NCBI GenBank assembly: GCA_052144335.1
Contig: JBKQQP010000071.1
Location: forward strand, 20,310 to 84,309
Length of the DNA: 64,000 bases
Direction of reading: 5' to 3'
DNA from: Syntrophales bacterium
GTDB lineage: Bacteria; Desulfobacterota; Syntrophia; Syntrophales; UBA2185
Shown: one piece after another, positions 61,142 to 64,000 of the stretch
Position numbering within the stretch: position 1 is the first letter of the stretch
How the letters are laid out: each line of letters begins with the position of its first letter
The notes under the pieces: model-generated
Seen by the model: only the letters and a program-made list of their open reading frames with translations
Told to the model about the DNA's origin: nothing
The model's database searches: none
Position numbers and translations under genes: made by a program

Positions 61142-61430
61142 TCATCCTACTGTCGAATCCCTGCGAGTAAACGAGGTCAAACGGAGACGATACCTTCAAA
61201 GAGAAATGGAGGAACATAAAACCGTCCCTGAAATTCTCATTGAAGCGGCGGAAACGAATGCGCGTGACTGTAGAAAGGAAATTCAAAAGCTGAAAGACAT
61301 TTTGAGGAAGTGTCCTGACGCAAAGACCGAGAGCGCCTTAATGCAGATCGCGAGAAATCAATTAGCCATGTACCAGGTTGATATAGCAGAGATGAGGGAA
61401 TTTTATGGAAAGCAAAACATCCTTTCTTGA
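61125..61430 (+). CDS. hypothetical helical protein
   Basis: Overlaps both neighbours (17 nt and 26 nt). Coiled-coil-like. No domain recognised. Confidence 0.4.
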   Translation: MKNEPDHPTVESLRVNEVKRRRYLQREMEEHKTVPEILIEAAETNARDCRKEIQKLKDILRKCPDAKTESALMQIARNQLAMYQVDIAEMREFYGKQNILS

Positions 61431-62271
61431 AAAGATAATGCCCCGGGATATTGATCTAGACCCCGAATACTCGTCATTAACGGCCTACGGGCAGATAAAG
61501 ACCTTCCGGGAAATCCTCAACGATAAAAAAAATGGCCATACCTTCAAGATCGCTGATTATGGCATCCCTGGGCTTGATCAACTGACAGAGGGCATTTATG
61601 AGGGTGAACTTATTAGTATATCCGGTTTGACGAAACAGGGAAAAACCACCTTCGCGCAATCTATCACCAGCAATGTGATCAAGAAAGATCATACCGCTGG
61701 CTGGTTTACATTTGAGGTGACGCCCGCCAGGTTCTTAGAAAAATTCAAGGGCGACGAAAAGGCTTTGGATTTCGGATTGCTGCCTGTGGAGCACAGGGCC
61801 GGGGATCTCCGCTGGTTATTTGAGCGGATCGCCGAGATGCACGTCACCTGGAGGACCAGGATATTTGTCATAGATCATCTGCATTACCTTTTCGATATGT
61901 GGGGCAGCCGCAATATCTCAATCAGCATCGGCCAGGTGGTTAGAGCCCTAAAGCACCTCGCTGTGACAGGTGGTTTTACTATATTCCTACTCTGCCACTA
62001 TTCCAAAGGCCAAAAAGAAGAAGACCAGGATTCTTATCAAAACATAAGAGATAGCTCCCTTATCGCCCAGGAGTCCGATGCTGTGTTTCTGATTCGCAGA
62101 ATGCAGGATGGCGGGGAATACAATGAGGATGCCCTTCTTACTGTAGAATTCCATAGGCGCACAGGCGTCATGAAGAAGAAAGTCGGTCTCATCAAAGTGG
62201 GTGAATTTCTTTATGAGAGAAAGCTAAGCGAGAATGACAAACCTAAAAGAAATTATGGGTACGGGGATTAA
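61405..62271 (+). CDS. DnaB-C-terminal-like (RecA-fold) replicative helicase/ATPase
   Basis: GIPGLDQLTEGIYEGELISISGLTKQGKTTFAQSI (Walker A), IFVIDHLHYL (Walker B-like), LLCHYSKG. Confidence 0.7.
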   Translation: MESKTSFLEKIMPRDIDLDPEYSSLTAYGQIKTFREILNDKKNGHTFKIADYGIPGLDQLTEGIYEGELISISGLTKQGKTTFAQSITSNVIKKDHTAGWFTFEVTPARFLEKFKGDEKALDFGLLPVEHRAGDLRWLFERIAEMHVTWRTRIFVIDHLHYLFDMWGSRNISISIGQVVRALKHLAVTGGFTIFLLCHYSKGQKEEDQDSYQNIRDSSLIAQESDAVFLIRRMQDGGEYNEDALLTVEFHRRTGVMKKKVGLIKVGEFLYERKLSENDKPKRNYGYGD

Positions 62272-62367
62272 CTGCCCTTGTGGATGATTAACTGGCATTA
62301 ACTCGGTTAACTTCCTTGAAGCAGTAAACACAGAACGGAGGAATAGTATTTTTCACCGGAGGGCCAC

Positions 62368-63012
62368 ATGAGGAAGATAGATGATAATCTGCTATTGGAA
62401 ATGTTCGATGACGGAAAAGGTAAATCACAGAAAGAGATCGCCAAGTTTTTCGGGGTTTCAGGGGCGGCGATCTGTAAGCGGTTAAAGAGGTTAACAGCAC
62501 CTTCACCAGAGGCCCCGCTTTCATTCTCTAAGCTGACGGAGAAGGCCCAGGCCTTTGTTATCGAGAAGGTGAAAGGGGAAACGAACGTCCAGGCCGTTCT
62601 TAATTCTTATGATGTAACTTCGCGTGAATCCGCCAAGGCGTTGGGCACTACACTGATGCGAGATCCGGATATTCAAACGGCCATTCACGATCTGATGGCG
62701 CAAGAAGGCCTGCCCAAGCGCTACCGAATCCGCAAGGTTAAGAATTTGATCGATAGTAAAGATGGAAATATCAGCGCCAAGGGCCTGGATATGAGCTTCA
62801 AATTAACCGGCGAATATGCGGCGGAAAAAGTTGTTGTTGGGACTTTCGACTATGCCGCGAGTTCCCTGAAGCTTGAGGCATTGCGCCGGGAATATGCTGA
62901 GGCGAAGCAAAGGCGGGATGAACTTCAGAAGAAAATAGAAATGCAGGCAAAGGAGCCCGGACAACAAGAAGAGGCGCCTGCGGTGGACACTGAGCGGAAG
63001 GCGTGGCCATAG
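62368..63012 (+). CDS. terminase small subunit-like protein
   Basis: N-terminal HTH SQKEIAKFFGVSGAAICKRLKRL. NVQAVLNSYDVTSRESAKALGTTLMRDPDIQTAIHDLM resembles the TerS core (A..aGYs..sA...g..ll..p.i..ai). Confidence 0.55.
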   Translation: MRKIDDNLLLEMFDDGKGKSQKEIAKFFGVSGAAICKRLKRLTAPSPEAPLSFSKLTEKAQAFVIEKVKGETNVQAVLNSYDVTSRESAKALGTTLMRDPDIQTAIHDLMAQEGLPKRYRIRKVKNLIDSKDGNISAKGLDMSFKLTGEYAAEKVVVGTFDYAASSLKLEALRREYAEAKQRRDELQKKIEMQAKEPGQQEEAPAVDTERKAWP

Positions 63013-63066
63013 TGAAAAGGGGATTATCCACTAAAGGTGAGACGGTTAATATTTTTAGTGTTGTTG

Positions 63067-63702
63067 TTAAGTGTAATAATTCAGTTCGTTATACTTGGCG
63101 GATATAACCCAATCTTCGAGAGGGTGGGAATCATGAGGACTATACTCCCAACAAAATCCCGTGACATGATCTCCGTTAAAAATATCTTTATATTCAACCC
63201 GACCACAACAATAAGTTGGTGTGTTCAACGCCGCTATATTTTTCAGTTCGTTGTCATTAATTCGGCGAGAAACTGGTATGGGCCTCCACTTATCATTTCC
63301 CAATACAATGCCTGTTGGAATTTCAATTTCTTCGATCTCTGGAATTGTGGCTTTCTCCAAAGAAATTACCCCGCGAATTTTATTGATAATAGCGGGTGTT
63401 CTCCCGTGGTTCCATATCCTGATGCTGGCGCCAAAATCAAACAACCCCTCATGTCCCCTATCGCGGTCATAGACGAGCTCAATTTTTTGGGTATCAATAG
63501 TGACAAAAACATAAGCTCTTTCTGTCACCGGCAGGGCGTCCGCAGCTCTTTTAGCGGCATCAGCGGAAATTTGAGTTGCTTCGGCCGTCTCTTCCATTTT
63601 CTTGGATTGTTTTTTAGCATAGTATGCATAAAAACCGGTAATAAAACAAATCACAATAGTGGCAATCGCCTGTATCCAGCTTGGCCAATCTATACATTCC
63701 AT
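63067..63702 (-). CDS. membrane-anchored hypothetical protein, opposite orientation to the replication/packaging genes
   Basis: N-terminal TM segment WIQAIATIVICFITGFYAYYA. The rest looks like a balanced globular sequence. Preferred over the antisense 284-aa ORF 63037..63891(+), which is F/N/C/W-rich and low-complexity. Confidence 0.45.
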   Translation of the reverse strand: MECIDWPSWIQAIATIVICFITGFYAYYAKKQSKKMEETAEATQISADAAKRAADALPVTERAYVFVTIDTQKIELVYDRDRGHEGLFDFGASIRIWNHGRTPAIINKIRGVISLEKATIPEIEEIEIPTGIVLGNDKWRPIPVSRRINDNELKNIAALNTPTYCCGRVEYKDIFNGDHVTGFCWEYSPHDSHPLEDWVISAKYNELNYYT

Positions 63703-63899
63703 ATTATCGCCTTCTTTCTACAGCGTCAAATATATCAGAATTCTTGCGGTTATTGTAGCGAAATTCAAACAATGGAAAGGGGAATTAACCTCTTTTTGCT
63801 TTTCGTACCCACTAGACCATGTGACCGATTTTTATACCGTGCCTTTGGACCGGTACCCTCCCCCTACCCGGCCATGTACGTCCAAGGATAGACCGATAA

Positions 63900-64000
63900 A
63901 TGGAGAGCCCAAACCAAATTCAACCGAGATGGCTTTCGCTGAAAGAGGCGGCGGTGTATTCCCATATCGGGAAATCCCACCTCGTTGAGCTGGCCGCTGA
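63900..64000 (+). CDS. excisionase/AlpA-type HTH protein, N-terminal 33 codons, open at window end
   Basis: My own translation from ATG 63900: MESPNQIQPRWLSLKEAAVYSHIGKSHLVELAA. This matches the L(S/T)xxEAAxYLgvSxxTLyrl pattern of excisionase-family HTH proteins. Confidence 0.45.
   Translation, partial: MESPNQIQPRWLSLKEAAVYSHIGKSHLVELAA

Larger units (their letters stand above)
51210..64000. mobile_element. integrated mobile element (prophage remnant or phage-satellite-like island) abutting tRNA-Lys; right end beyond the window
   Basis: Starts right after the tRNA. Carries a serine recombinase, small HTH/RHH proteins, an O-like initiator with iterons, a DnaB-C-like ATPase, a TerS-like gene, a TA pair, a transposase stump and an Xis-like HTH. 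Genes are compact and overlapping, and base composition is mosaic. Confidence 0.65.

Noticed and set aside
63037-63891. 284-aa plus-strand ORF covering the end of the window
   Set aside because: It is F/N/C/W/I-rich low-complexity sequence that fully overlaps a more protein-like minus-strand ORF. It also runs through the Xis-like gene's upstream region. Judged a shadow ORF, but flagged for coding-potential testing.

Overview
About 51 kb of conserved chromosome followed by about 12.8 kb of a mobile element that runs off the window end. All calls come from reading the sequence and the ORF track by eye; no searches were run.

Chromosomal part (1-51209):
- Translation and housekeeping genes: ptsH-ptsI, the thrS-infC-rpmI-rplT-pheST-ihfA-merR block, the ffh-rpsP-KH-rimM-trmD-rplS-rnhB-yraN block, argS, radA, serC-serA-purA, and two tRNAs.
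- Envelope and sugar-nucleotide genes.
- An eight-gene Tat-exported, cysteine-type formate dehydrogenase locus at 30.8-38.9 kb.
- A small set of secreted proteins of unknown function, including a Tat cupredoxin.
- Gene content and synteny look Thermodesulfobacteriota/Syntrophia-like. This is inference only.

Mobile element (51210-64000):
- It starts immediately after tRNA-Lys(TTT).
- It carries a small serine recombinase, small regulators, a CsgG/LpoB-like TPR lipoprotein, and a Panacea (DUF4065) antitoxin with an unclassified partner gene.
- It also carries a transposase stump, a lambda-O-like initiator with five iterons inside its own coding sequence, a DnaB-C-like ATPase, a small-terminase-like gene and an excisionase-like HTH gene.
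- No capsid, portal, tail or lysis gene is recognisable in the visible part.
- My best candidate for something new is that this is a phage-satellite-like island carrying unclassified cargo: the Panacea pair, an AT-rich 319-codon gene and the lipoprotein.

Other points worth a second look:
- a frameshifted yraN;
- a probable ATA start for infC;
- a 47-bp run of abutting restriction-site-like palindromes;
- a 345-bp structured gap between ihfA and merR.

I saw no CRISPR array, rRNA or reverse transcriptase.
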